Assembly (NCBI GenBank): GCA_043228905.1
Contig: JBHGNT010000003.1
Coordinates: 20,708,001 to 20,772,000, forward strand
Direction of reading: 5' to 3'
DNA from: Azolla caroliniana
Lineage: Eukaryota > Plantae > Polypodiophyta
DNA length: 64,000 bases
The position numbers and the translations under genes are program-made. Below, in pieces: positions 44,950-57,300 of the stretch (positions within the stretch are counted from its first letter, which is position 1; each line of letters begins with the position of its first letter). The notes below the pieces were generated by a model, which was not told where the DNA came from, ran no database searches, and saw only the letters and a list, made by a program, of their open reading frames with translations.

Positions 44950-47900
44950 GTTGAGGAGACGACAGCGAGAGAAAAGAATAATGATAAGAAGAAAAGCATA
45001 TCGATACAGAGAGAAAAGCCGACGCACGCCCCCATGATTTTCATGGGTGGCTATGAAGAGATCTCTATGGCTATGGCGGAAGAAAATTCGAAGGCGCTAT
45101 TTGCAGAAACGGACATCCCTAAGCCTAAAATGCCCATCTGCAAAATGTGCAATGGTTTTCTTGTCTCTCTACCCTGTGGCCATGATGGTTGCCTCCGTTG
45201 CTTGCAGAAGGCAAGTTCACAGCTTTTTAATTTTATTCTGTCTCCATTGTCTGAAATGACGGCGTGCCCCTTCTGATATTTGTTTTTAGAAATGAAAGGA
45301 AAGAACATTTGTTTAAAAAAAACAGATTTATTTCTCTTAGGAGGGGGTCTCTTTGTCACGATTATATATATACACGTACTTTGAATCAGAACCATATAAC
45401 TACAAATCAGAAGCACAAAATTGAAGAGATGATATTGGTTCTGATTATATTTAGAACAGGGATGTTTTTCCTCATCAAAACTGGTTTTTATTATTTATTT
45501 AACCACTGAAGAAAAATTAGTATAGAGGAGATGATATTGGTTCTGATTATATTTAGAGCAGGGGATGTTTTTCCTCATCAAAACTGGTTTTTATTATTTA
45601 TTTAACTACTGAAGAAAAAATAGTATAGAGGCTATGGATCCTGATTCCATCAATTCCCCTTCACATGAAAGGCTATGGATCCTGATTTCATCAGTTCCCC
45701 TTCATATGAAAGGCTATGAATCTGCAATTATTGCTTCAATGGGAAGGAGGTTCAATCCCATTGATCCCTATTTCTTCTGTTGAAAATTTATTTAATCTTT
45801 TTTGCGGAAGAAACCATAAAAAAAAAGGAACAGGTGATACGGATCCTCATTGTACTTTGCAAATTGTAGTTGAAGTCTCAATTTCTCATTTTCGCTCATT
45901 CATGTATATTTAATGCATCTATGGGGTGTCTTATTTGCTGTGTAGGTGCAATGGCGGTCTTCTTCTCTATTCTGCCCTTCGTGCCGAACAAACTTCCATA
46001 CAGATACCTCACTCTGGTTAGATTCAAATCTCAGAGAAACACTCGCTCGGGCTTCCATACTGGAGAGCGATGCAAATTATGCACAAAATGAAGCAGAAGT
46101 CTATTCGTCCCATAAGCAATTGAAGGATGGAAATGCTTTATACTCGGAGAGGGGTGCAGATGGCGTACACAATGCAATGGATGTCTATTCATCTCAAAAA
46201 GAAATGAAAAACGGAAGTGATGGTAGAAAATACTTTGTATATGACCATCCATTACCAGAGGAAACAGGTTCTTGGATTCCGGTATCAGTTCCACCCACAT
46301 GGCATTCAGGGAAATCTGAGGGTGAAAATTACTGTGAGGGTCATTTCTTTCCAGAAAGATGCAACTGGCGAGATTCTCCACTTGATAAGAGCACTTTAGC
46401 CCCTGATCTGACTACGTGGAGGGTTCTAATTGAGGTGATAGCTTTTCTATGCGGAGCTCACAAGTCAAAGGGAAGACATAAGAAGAGCTCACAATACGAT
46501 GCCTTATTGTGTGCTGAGGATCTTGATTATCTAGCCTTCTCTTTGTCCGGTCAAATGGAAGAGGATATCAAAACAATGTCATATGTATTGGCGTCGGAAC
46601 CGCCCCAATGGCTTCCAGATAGTATGCAACAAGCATGTATGCAATGTGAATCTCAATTCTATCCAATCACATGTTCACGTCACCATTGCCGTTACTGTGG
46701 AGGGATTTTCTGTGGGTATTGCACATCTCAAAGGGCCTTATTGCCAGTTAAATTTCAAGAGAAGAGTCCACAACGTGTGTGTGATTGTTGTTACGAGAGA
46801 TTGGCACCGGTTCAGGGGATATTGATTGAGCAAGTTAGCAATGCTGCTCAATTGGCTACTCATGATGTGACTGATTTAAGTTGTATCCGATCTTGGCTCA
46901 ATAACCCGCTCGGCTTAACGTTGGAGCATGAGATCTACAAAGCAACAAACACTCTTCAAGCTTTTTCACAGGTGGGTGTAATCATAGATAAGGAAAATTA
47001 GTGAAGCTAAATGTGTCTTTGGTTTGAGTTATTGGGCGGCTATTGTCATCTTAGCATATAGGAGTGAGGGCCATCTTTGGAGACTGGTTTTTATTGTGAA
47101 GATGTGATTATAGCTTTGGAAGGCAATGCAAAAATAGCCTTAGTGGAAATTTGGACTTTCAGTTAATTGGCAATGGCCTACGTGGTTGGTATAGTATTAT
47201 TAGTCAATGGAACCTGAAATCTGCTTTTAGGCCACTACTTATCCAAAAGAAACTATAAACCTAAGGTTGTTGTATCGGTTAATGAAGTTTAATCCCTTGG
47301 TAATCACATAGTCTTTACTCTAATGCAGGTTGGAAAGCTGAAGGCAGAAGTTGGGATTCCTGATGCTATCTTGAGGAGCTCGAAAGGCCTTGCTATCTTT
47401 ACAGTTCTAAAAGTGGGAGCAATGGTCACATATAAGATGGGCACTGGATTGGTTCTCGCCAGACGTCCAGATGGCTCATGGTCACCTCCTTCAGCTATAA
47501 TTTCATGTGGTGTTGGATGGGGCCCCCAAGTAATCATAGGATGAACGAGAAGAACACCAAAATACTCCTAGGGATCTTATTTTTGGATATTTACTAGAAT
47601 ACCTATATGTTTCCAAAAATCCCAGGATTTACCCCTGAAACTACAAACATTTACCAGAATATCCCAAGTTTTTAAAACGATTTTACCAGAGTATTCTTTT
47701 ATAGGAAAGATTACATACTCTAGAGGGGTAGGTATACTGGTAAGTTTTAAAACCTCAGAGGTTTTGTGGTTAATATTGGAAACTTGGTTTCTTCTGGTAA
47801 ATTTTGAAAACTTATGGGAATTACTGGTAATTTTTGAAAAATGTAGGTTATTGTGGTAAATACCCAAGTTAGGGGTATTTTGGTGTGTCTGCCTCGGTTA

Positions 47901-48699
47901 AAAACACTTTATCAAATTTTTTTTTCTGGCTTTTCTCGATCACCTGTGATGAGCTGGATCACTGTGAATCTTTGAAATAGGTAGGTGGAGAAGTCACTGA
48001 CTTCATAGTTATTCTTCGCAATGAAGCTGCGGTGAGGGCGTTTGGTGGAAGGGTTCATGTTTCACTGGGTGCTGGTGTAAGCGTTGCAGTTGGTCCAGTT
48101 GGGAGGAGTCTGGAAGCCGATTTACGAGCTGGAGATGGTGGCACTGCAGCCTGCTACACTTATAGCATGAGTAAAGGTGCATCCTGTGAAGAGAGAAGGG
48201 CATTAATTTGGAATTTTGAAATTATGAGTGATACTTTGGGGATTCCACAGAAGAGTTGGAGATTTAAACTCCCTCGTATATATGTTTTTCTTTAATGGGC
48301 AAGGGCGAGTAATTTCTGTAGCATTTTTGCTCGATTTGTTTATATTGGATTTTTTTTTCTTGTGGCTCCTTTTTTGTTAATTTTTCTTGTTGTGGATGAT
48401 GGTGTTGCCTCTCCAAGGGCAAGAACCCACATAATTCATTAGCTTGGTCAATTGACCCTTGAATGATGAAACGTGGCTGGAAATGTTTCACTTATCTTTT
48501 GTATTTTGTATCAGGTGTGTTCGCTGGATGCTCTCTCGAAGGTGATATCGTAATGACGCGTGCCAGTGCAAATGTACAATTTTACGGGGATCCTTCTATC
48601 GATGCTGCAGAAATTCTTCTAGGTTCCATAAAACAACCCAAAGCCGCAGTCCCTCTATATGTGGCATTGTCCGATCTTTTTCGGAAATCCCGTGCTTGA
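44899..48699 (+). CDS. RING-FYVE-SYLF (Ysc84/SH3YL1-like) protein, CFS1/FYVE2 family, 5 exons (~639 aa)
   Basis: Exons 44899-45210, 45946-46971, 47329-47529, 47981-48176, 48515-48699 (1920 nt, phases consistent). FYVE WLPDS..CMQC..RHHCRYCGGIFC..RVCDCC; SYLF KGLAIFTV..GTGLVLARRPDGSWSPPSAI..GGEVTDF..YSMSKGVFAGCSLEG. Intron 1 needs a GC donor. Confidence 0.88.
45421..45720. repeat. Intronic tandem duplications (~102 bp x2; ~40 bp x2.5)
   Basis: GAGATGATATTGGTTCTGATTATATTTAGA...TAGTATAGAGG twice, then GGCTATGGATCCTGATT.CATCA.TTCCCCTTCA.ATGAAA repeats. Confidence 0.9.
47554..47886. mobile_element. MITE/foldback element in intron 3 of the FYVE-SYLF gene
   Basis: ACACCAAAATACTCCTA (47554-47570) is inverted to TAGGGGTATTTTGGTGT (47870-47886), 16/17; internal TTACCAG repeats mirrored by CTGGTAA. 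Confidence 0.75.
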
Positions 48700-50234
48700 G
48701 AGAGGTCGACTTGTGTGCCTGTCAATATGTACATTATTGTTGATAATTGCTCATACTGTACCTTAGGTTAGCTGCTAATATATTGCCACAATTGTTGATA
48801 ACTGCTCATAAAAAACTGTGATAAAATATATCCCACCATTATTGCTCATTGCTCTAGGTGGATGTGATAATATATATCGCCAATTGCTCATAGCTTGGAA
48901 AGCGTATGAAAATGATAATTGTTGCTCCAAATGACAAAATGGAGATGGTTAAAAACAATATGATGTACATGTATGCAATTGAAAACCAAAATAAAATGTC
49001 TTTGCTGGTGTATTATTTGTGTACTTGAAGATGAAGTCAGATGTCTGAGAGGTATTGGATCTCTTTTCTTTGGCCAGTATTTTAAATCTTGATTAACGTA
49101 ACACATGACACCTCAGTATTTAACAAAGAGAGGTGTTGGTCATGCCTATACTCCAATAGTAACACTTTGGGTGCCTCATCAATTGAGGATTGAGTTGTAT
49201 CTCACGTGCTTGGGCCAAGTGTAGAATATGTAAATGGTTTTAGATGGCTTTTGAAATTCCCTTTGGCATAGTTGGGCACAGTTCTATGGTTATCTCATCA
49301 AAATTGAGAATCAATGGCTTCTTTCTTATAAGTGATTCATGTTTCCTTGATGTTGCATCAACTATTTGCTATGTCTCACTTACCTAGTGTGCTTGTTGCT
49401 TTCCACCAATGTTGCTAAATATGAGTACTCAGAGAGAGAATAGAAGAGTGATATTGAGTTCTTCGGACCATCATGATACAATTTAGCATCCTCATGTCGC
49501 AAAATTGATGTGAGGTTATTTATAATACCTTATTGGTCTTCTTATCATGTTTTATTGACTTAGCACGCACAGGTATAAACGCATAATATGCAACAACCGT
49601 TCCATCACAATATGCAACTTCTCACTAATCTAATTTGGTGTCATCTCATCCTTTTCCTTTTTAAATATTGCATTGGTTTAAGACCTACAGATGAATCTGA
49701 AATTGTCGTAATGTGCGCACATGCAATTGAGTCTTAAAATTGTTGTAATGGGCATGCGTGCACGTGCTCACACACACACACACACACACAAATAGGGGTG
49801 AAAGTTGATTAGAGATGCCAAATGGAAGGGCCTTCACTCAATGAATGAAATTAGTTTGGGGATGAGCAAACTAGTTGTCATTTCCCAAGAGTTTATTTTG
49901 AATTAGAAAGTCTACAACATGAATGTCAGCTCTTGGCCATTTGTCTCCAAAATCTAGAAAGTGTGCTTCTCATGTCTCACATCATGGAAGTCATGGTCTT
50001 TGTTGATATTTCACCATGATCATTTCTCAAATCATGGCAATGCTTTTTAATAGGTGCAAACTTTAAAATACCTTTAACTTTTCTTTATTTCTACAAATTC
50101 CTTTTTAAGTTTCACTCAATTCCCCAAATGTGATTTATCAACCCCAAAATGGCATATTCTGTTGTAATAATTATGCCATTCTCTATGGTATAACTTGTTA
50201 CACTTCAAAGACATTAGCATCTGATAGTTACTAG

Positions 50235-50433
50235 TACAATGAAAGATACACAGTAAAGGTATGTGATTAAACAAATTGTTATTAGAAAAACCACTTAATG
50301 GTTTGATCTTTTTGACATACAGCACATACAGTTACAGGTACAATGAAAGATACACAGTAAAGGGTATGTGATTAAACAAATTGTTATTAGAAAAACCACT
50401 TAATGGTTTGATCTTTTTGACATATGGCACATA
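50235..50433. repeat. ~104-bp tandem duplication
   Basis: TACAATGAAAGATACACAGTAAAGG...CTTTTTGACATA twice. Confidence 0.92.
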
Positions 50434-51319
50434 CTTTTGCATTCACTGGTCATATGTCCTGGTTCTTTCCTTTATTGCTGCCTACTTAGTACAATACAAA
50501 TCGAAGAGATTGCACACAATAAGGGTGCAATGCCTCAAATGTTTCTTGTAAGCAAGACAGCTCAAATGCTTAGATTTAGTTTATCCCAATAAGACATGCA
50601 TTTATTTTCAAATGTTTCTCATAAACAAGATAAGTCCAACCGGCAGATTTACTTTTTTATCACAGTAAGACATGCAATCATTTTAATTAACAAAGGCGAC
50701 CATTTAAAGAAAAAATATAGTTTCATGCAAAGAAAAAACATTTTGTATGCACTTCCCCGAAAAACGCAATTCTCAAAACAATATATTGCTTTAGTGCTAA
50801 ACAATGAGCATGTGTGATGATCTTAGAACAAAACTCTATTTATATCAATAGAGTATCATGTCAAGTTTGTTTTCTCAAGTTGGCTGAACCTCAGTTCTAT
50901 ACACATACCTGATACAAAGGAAAAGAGCAAATGGGTTACCTTTCAAGGTCTGGAAGACTGGCCAACTTCTTGCAAGTATTTAAGACAGAATGAGGGGATA
51001 ACTTCCAGAAAATGGCTATATTTACTACAATCAAGGTTTTCGTCAGATTCCTAAGATTTTACAGAAAAATCTTACAGGTTTTCCAAGAAAATTTGTAAAC
51101 TAAAATTTCTGGAAATTCTGAAAGATTAGCCCAATATTTCTCTACATTTTCACTGTAAAAAGATACAAGCTCGCAATACGTTTGTTCTTTGGAGTTCTCT
51201 ATGGATTCCTTGTTTTTTATTACCTTGTTAATGCAAGCCAATCAATTAATACCCATGCAACGAAGCAATGATCTTGCCATATCTTTGTGCAAAGCCATTC
51301 ACCTCATATGGCTAAAATT

Positions 51320-54300
51320 TTATTCACTAAGAGAGCATATCATTGCAACACCCCGTTGAATCCAATGGCTTTCAGGCTTGTTGGATGGCATGCGTATTTT
51401 CATGAGAAAGTTTGTGGAATGCCCAGTGGTGGCTAAAACCCCCCGCCTTTCTGCTGTCCTATACACAGGACAATTATAATGTGGATATGGTTGGAGGGTA
51501 GAGATAGGACAAGGCCTTAACCATATTATTGGAGCAGGTACATGTATAACTTTAGGCTTCGATTCACAGAGACATTTCTCAACAGGATCCCATGCACATC
51601 CTTCTAAGAACAAACCTTGTATGTAGACACCCTCCTCTGGTGGCAGAGTAGGTTCTTTCTGGAGGATTTTGAAGTCAAACGCTAGTGTGTCAATGGCTAG
51701 CTTGTTTTTCCTAGCATAGTTTTGCAGCGAGGCAGTCATAAAAGATTGGGCAAAGAAGAAGCCACTTATCCAATGTACCACGGGTGGCCCGTTCTCGTAC
51801 CAATCTTGTAGCATATTGATCCTTTCTAGCAGATCTTTGAAATATCCCGAGAGTGGTTTTAGAGATGGATATGACACTTTCTTCCATAACTCCGGTACCT
51901 GCACATATGCACACATGATCTCTTCATAGAAACTCAAAGAATGGATTTATCAGCCTCTGTACCAACAAAGGATTGAGCTATTACATAGGAAAAACAATCA
52001 GTTTTAATATCCAATTATGTATAAAGATGTAAATTTTATGTAGTTGAAAATCACAAGTTTAAAGGATCACATAAAAGTTAGGGGACCCCGAACAAATTTA
52101 GCCTTACTAATACTGTCTCAGGAATGATCTGTTTCTGAAACCTATATAAACATGCACAAGCCATGCTGGTAGTAATTTGAATTGAGCATTGATATATAAG
52201 AGGTTCTTACTCATATTCATTGTGCAAGGGTGGTGAGATTGAGGTCCATGAGGCTGGGTCCTATGTGCACGGAAAATTGCCATTGCCTGATCTATTTAAC
52301 CCCTTTGCTATGTCCTGGTCAGGAGCCCATTTGAGTATCCCTTGTTTGACTTGTAGCATGAGTAGGAGTGATGGGGCAAAAGAAACCTGTGATTGTTCGT
52401 TGTGGATGGGCTGTTGTGGTTATATTGTTGTCTCTTGAGTTCTAGCAAGAACAATCCCAATCATCATTCATCTTTGTATTCCTTTACCTTGCGTAGTGAG
52501 CCAAAGCTAATTTGAAGAGGCAGTGGTATCTCTCTTTTATTTTATTAAATACAGAACAATCGCAGACATATTATTCATTCAATTCCACCGCTTGATAGCA
52601 CAATTGAAAGACATGTTATCGAATCGATTTGTAAGTAAGCATAACTGTCTATCTCAATTTCAAGCTAATGTGAAGAGATCTTCAGGTGCCTTATACATTG
52701 TGAAGCACATAAGATAGAGGTATATCTATATAAGAGCGCCCGATGATAAAACCATCCTGCAAAGGGTGTAAAAAAAGGTGCCTTATGGATGCCCTTTTCC
52801 TACCAAGAGATGTCGTGGAGCTTTTTCAAGTTCTTTAATTATCCAATTTAATGGTATCTTTCCTTTCCACTTTTAGTCACATTAAAGTGTGGACAATTCA
52901 AGCTATATTGTAATGGAAGGTAGACTATCCACGCAGCTGAAACCATTCTTGTAATTCAGCATACCCATAATTATTATCTCCATGTTCAACAAACAGTTTT
53001 GAAGATATAAATGCCAATCTTGACTACCTTTGTTTACAGCCTCCCAAATCCATTGGATACTTGTCAATGATCGGATTTGGAATATACATGCTGATTGATG
53101 CTCATGATTTTGATAGTGACACCAATGATTCAGAAGATATATCCCTTCAATTATTTAGCATTCACTTCAGTTGACTAGGTATTATTTTCATCTGGCATAG
53201 TGGCTTGTATTTTCATGGAGCTTGCTTGTTCAATTATCTTATTAGAAGTTCATTCTATGCAATTCCTTACTGCAAGCTTACTAGCCTGGGGAATCACTAA
53301 TTATTTTGAAAACCAAAGATTATTGTAACCACAACTCTAGAAAGATTACAGCTTGGGGTTGTTTCTGCGACTGGATCACCATCTTAGAAAATGATGGTTT
53401 GCTTTTGTCGGAAACCGGCCTGAACCGGATGTGAGGTCAGTCATGAGTTAGCTTGCCTCTCATCAAACATTTTCCATGCCCTTTTATTTTCATATCCTAG
53501 GAACAACTGGTACACTTCAAATTTAGCCAAATATAATCTCTTATTCCTCGCAAGGCGTTTGGAATGTTCTCTTGATTGTTTATGTCTATAAATCCCCTGG
53601 GACACTTACCATTGCAAATGTCTCATGATATTCCTCATCATACCAACTATTTTGTGTGGCTCTTGCTGACTGTGTTGTGGAGAATGCAATGACTTCAACC
53701 ACCCTACTGCGATTTCCTCTAGGGAAAAGGATCCAAATCAAGTATGCAATTGTATATTCCACAACTATACACACCAGCTGTATCCCCCAAAAAGTGATAG
53801 TTAGCATGCTTCGTCCTGCTATTAGCATATACATTATTTTGCATCCATCCTTTGCATTAAAGAGTAGATGCACATGATTTTCTGCCAGCCAATAGGTCTA
53901 TCAGAGATAGTGAAATCTATTCTCTCGGGTAGAAGGGATGGAAATTCTCCTTGAGTGACATACCTGGTTAATGGCAACGCTGTGATATGCCTTTTCTAAT
54001 TCTGCAGACATGACAACAACTCCTCTTATAGCCTTCTCCATGCTTTTCAATGTTACCCTGATCCTGAAATCCATACCTTCTATGTTATTAAGTTATAAAC
54101 AACACTCTTTGAAACAAATCTGAAAAAGCACCCACTAATGTATGCAGACCAATCAATCCACACATACCGCTCCAAGAGTTTGTTGAAACGTGCCATTTCT
54201 TGGCTAAGGACCGAATGCATACTTTCTTCATACAAGATTGGGTACTTTCTCTCACACGCTTCTATATCAAAGTTAGGTGGTAAAGTCTTGATAAGGTTTC

Positions 54301-57300
54301 GAATGAGTTCAGCGATTGTTTCCGATGCTTTCTGGTCACTCGATCCACCTCCTGCTGTTGCCATTGATGCTTGAAGCATAGATTTCAGTATAAGACTTGT
54401 TTCATTCAAGTCCTTGGTGATATCTGCATTAGCATGTAAACCAAAAGCTTCTGGCATTGGGATCAAAGGGAATTTTTCAATATGAGATAGATAGGATCTC
54501 AAATCATGAGGTGGTGGTGTCACATATTGTCCTGATTCTGTGATCGTATAGCCAACTTGAAGCATGTCTTTACAATAGAATCTCATCAACAGGGCATTTA
54601 GCAAGAGTCTATCCTTGTCATCTATACAAACAAAAGGAATATTCCATATATAATAACATGACAATATCAAATAGAAATAGTAAGTGAAGAATTATTGAGA
54701 TAGATACCTGTAACTCTTCCACCATAATTGCATTCTCCAGTAACATAGTTTAGAGCTTGCAGTGGAAGGTCAGTTGGAGTGCTTTCAGTTATGAACATAT
54801 GTAGCTGCCGCACACTGAAAGAAATGGAAAGTTGAATGTAAACATGAAAAAATAGGGAAAAGGAAATTATAAACAATGTGTTTCGCGGGTTTTGATAAAT
54901 TAGTTTAGCAGAGTATTCTATGCAAAAACCTGATTCTTAAATCTCCATCATCAAATCCATATGGTATATTCCAACCTAACGGTCCAAAATTCCTTCGTTC
55001 TTGAACCACAGCATGAAAGAAACATAACCCAAAAAGAAGAGATTTAAACACATCAGGCTGGCTACAGTTCTCAAAGAATTCCTCATTGCATATTGGGTCC
55101 AGTCCATATGATCTCTTCATGTTTGCTCTCAATCCCTTTGGTGGTTCATTTGTCATCTTCACTCCATTCTGTTTGTTTGAATTTTAATCTCAGTAAGGTC
55201 TATTTCTTCTTATCAAATACCAAGTTACAATGCATTCTGTAAAACATTATGAAATTTTTTCAAACAAATCTTTACCTGTAAGACAGTTATTGGAAATTTT
55301 GGGCTTGGATATGATGTCATCCACAAGCGGAAACTAGGGTTAACTTCTGCAGGAACATTTTCACAAATTCTCTCAAGCTCAGGCATCCAAGATGGTGCAA
55401 GGTGACAATTCTGCAGTAAAACCCATGAACCTGTCCCGGTACAAAAATAAAGGGTATTCTTAAAAAATGGTTTGTCATCTTGCTTTTCATGGAAACAGTC
55501 TTTATATTAACTGTTTTAAGCTTTGTTCTGAAGAAAGTACCAAATTACAAAAATATCCATGGCCATAATAAAGAACGATATATTAACATAATTTAGAAGG
55601 CTAAAATGACCCCCGAAATCAAATGCGAGATTACATTTTAAAATGTTATCTCATTTTAGAGACACAATGAATCAAATGAAATATAATTAGAGAAAGTAAA
55701 GCGTAACAAAGCGTCATAGTGAAGTCTTGATTTACCTGTGGCCATAGCATCCGTAATAAGTAAACTTGCCTTGGGTCCTTGGCCTTGGCCAAGAGAGACG
55801 GGTGCAATTTTATCTGCCATTTCCTTCTCAGCTATATAGAAAACAGAACACACACAGAACATCATTCAGTATCATAAACAAGTTCCTTATAGAATACCAA
55901 ACTTCAAAATTTATTAGATTGAGTTCTGATTATTAAATGAAAGGAATGTTGATTTCTGAATCCAAGACAACACCTGCAAATGTCAGCAATGCTGCTGTGG
56001 GATCACTTCCTGCTGATAGAACAAAAATTAGTGGGCAACTAGCACTCGATTCTCGGTAACATGCTTCAAGGTTGAATTGTGGAGGTTGGACAAAATCAGA
56101 TCCCAATTGATCAGCAACAAATTCATGAATGGCCGGAACCACCTTGTCGGGACGGATGCATCTCAAAACAAGCAATCTTTGAAAAGAATTCAGTTTTGCT
56201 AACTTCCCAGGAAACTTCTGTTTCTGAGGCTCCATTGAATCATAAATAGCTTTCCAATCAGATGGATAGGTTGAGATGTACAGATCAAGGCGGTCAAACG
56301 CTGGTAGCTTACTAAGCCTCATTATTTCTCCCCATGATTTCTCTGAAAGCCATTCTGAAGCAGGATTTGGCTTTGTTCCTAATGCATCCAGTCCACCAGT
56401 CAAGAAGAAATTCCATTCTTCTGGAGATATCTTCTTCTCTACTTCTAACACACGGTATGCCAAAAGGCAAGAGAACAGTAGTTTGTCCTTTTCAAATAAG
56501 GATCTGCAAATGTTTTTGTAGAGTGCCAAAAGGAAGTACTTGTGGATAATTTCCAAGCGTTTCTTCAAGTCTGATGATTTCTCACTTGACATGATTGATG
56601 TTACAAAGAGTGAAGAAAACCAAGGAAGGCTGTACTGATACATGGGGTCAATATTTGCTAGATCAGAGATGCAGAAAAACAGAACAGCAGCATTGTCACC
56701 AGATGATGCATATGTTTTTCGAGCTTCATCGATATTCTTTTCTGTTTCATCGGCCAAAGCCTGCGAATAGAAAAAGGTCAGTAAATGCAAAATCTTGGAG
56801 CTGATATAGCTGGACATGTGATGTAACTATAAAAAAATGAAGTAAAGATATTTAAATTACCAACACTACACAACCTGAATAAAAAGAAAACCATAATGCA
56901 AGCATCATTATGACAGATTACATGTTGATAGAATCAAATTTGTTACTTATTTACCTGTTTAATACTGATGTCATTGCCAACAACTTTAGCCTCAGAAATG
57001 ATCTTTACCGCAGTTTCATCCTCCAATATATTACCCTCACTGGTTGATAGCACTTGCAAAATCTGATCTTCAAGCTCCTTGAGTCTCCTCTTGTTTTCGG
57101 CACTCTGATTTAGAATTTCAACAAGAAGATGATAAGAAATTACAGAATTTCATCTCTTTCTTCCCCAACATATAAAAACTAAATTATATATAAACCCATT
57201 GATCCACCTTCCTAACAAAATTTGTATATATATATAGAAAATCAGGATTCCATTGACTTTAGATAACATTGAGAAAACAAGATTCAGTATTACCTGAACT

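Noticed and set aside
44433-45044. Hydrophobic 'membrane protein' ORFs (LFIYLFVC...)
   Set aside because: Reverse translation of the AAAT/AAAC tandem repeat.
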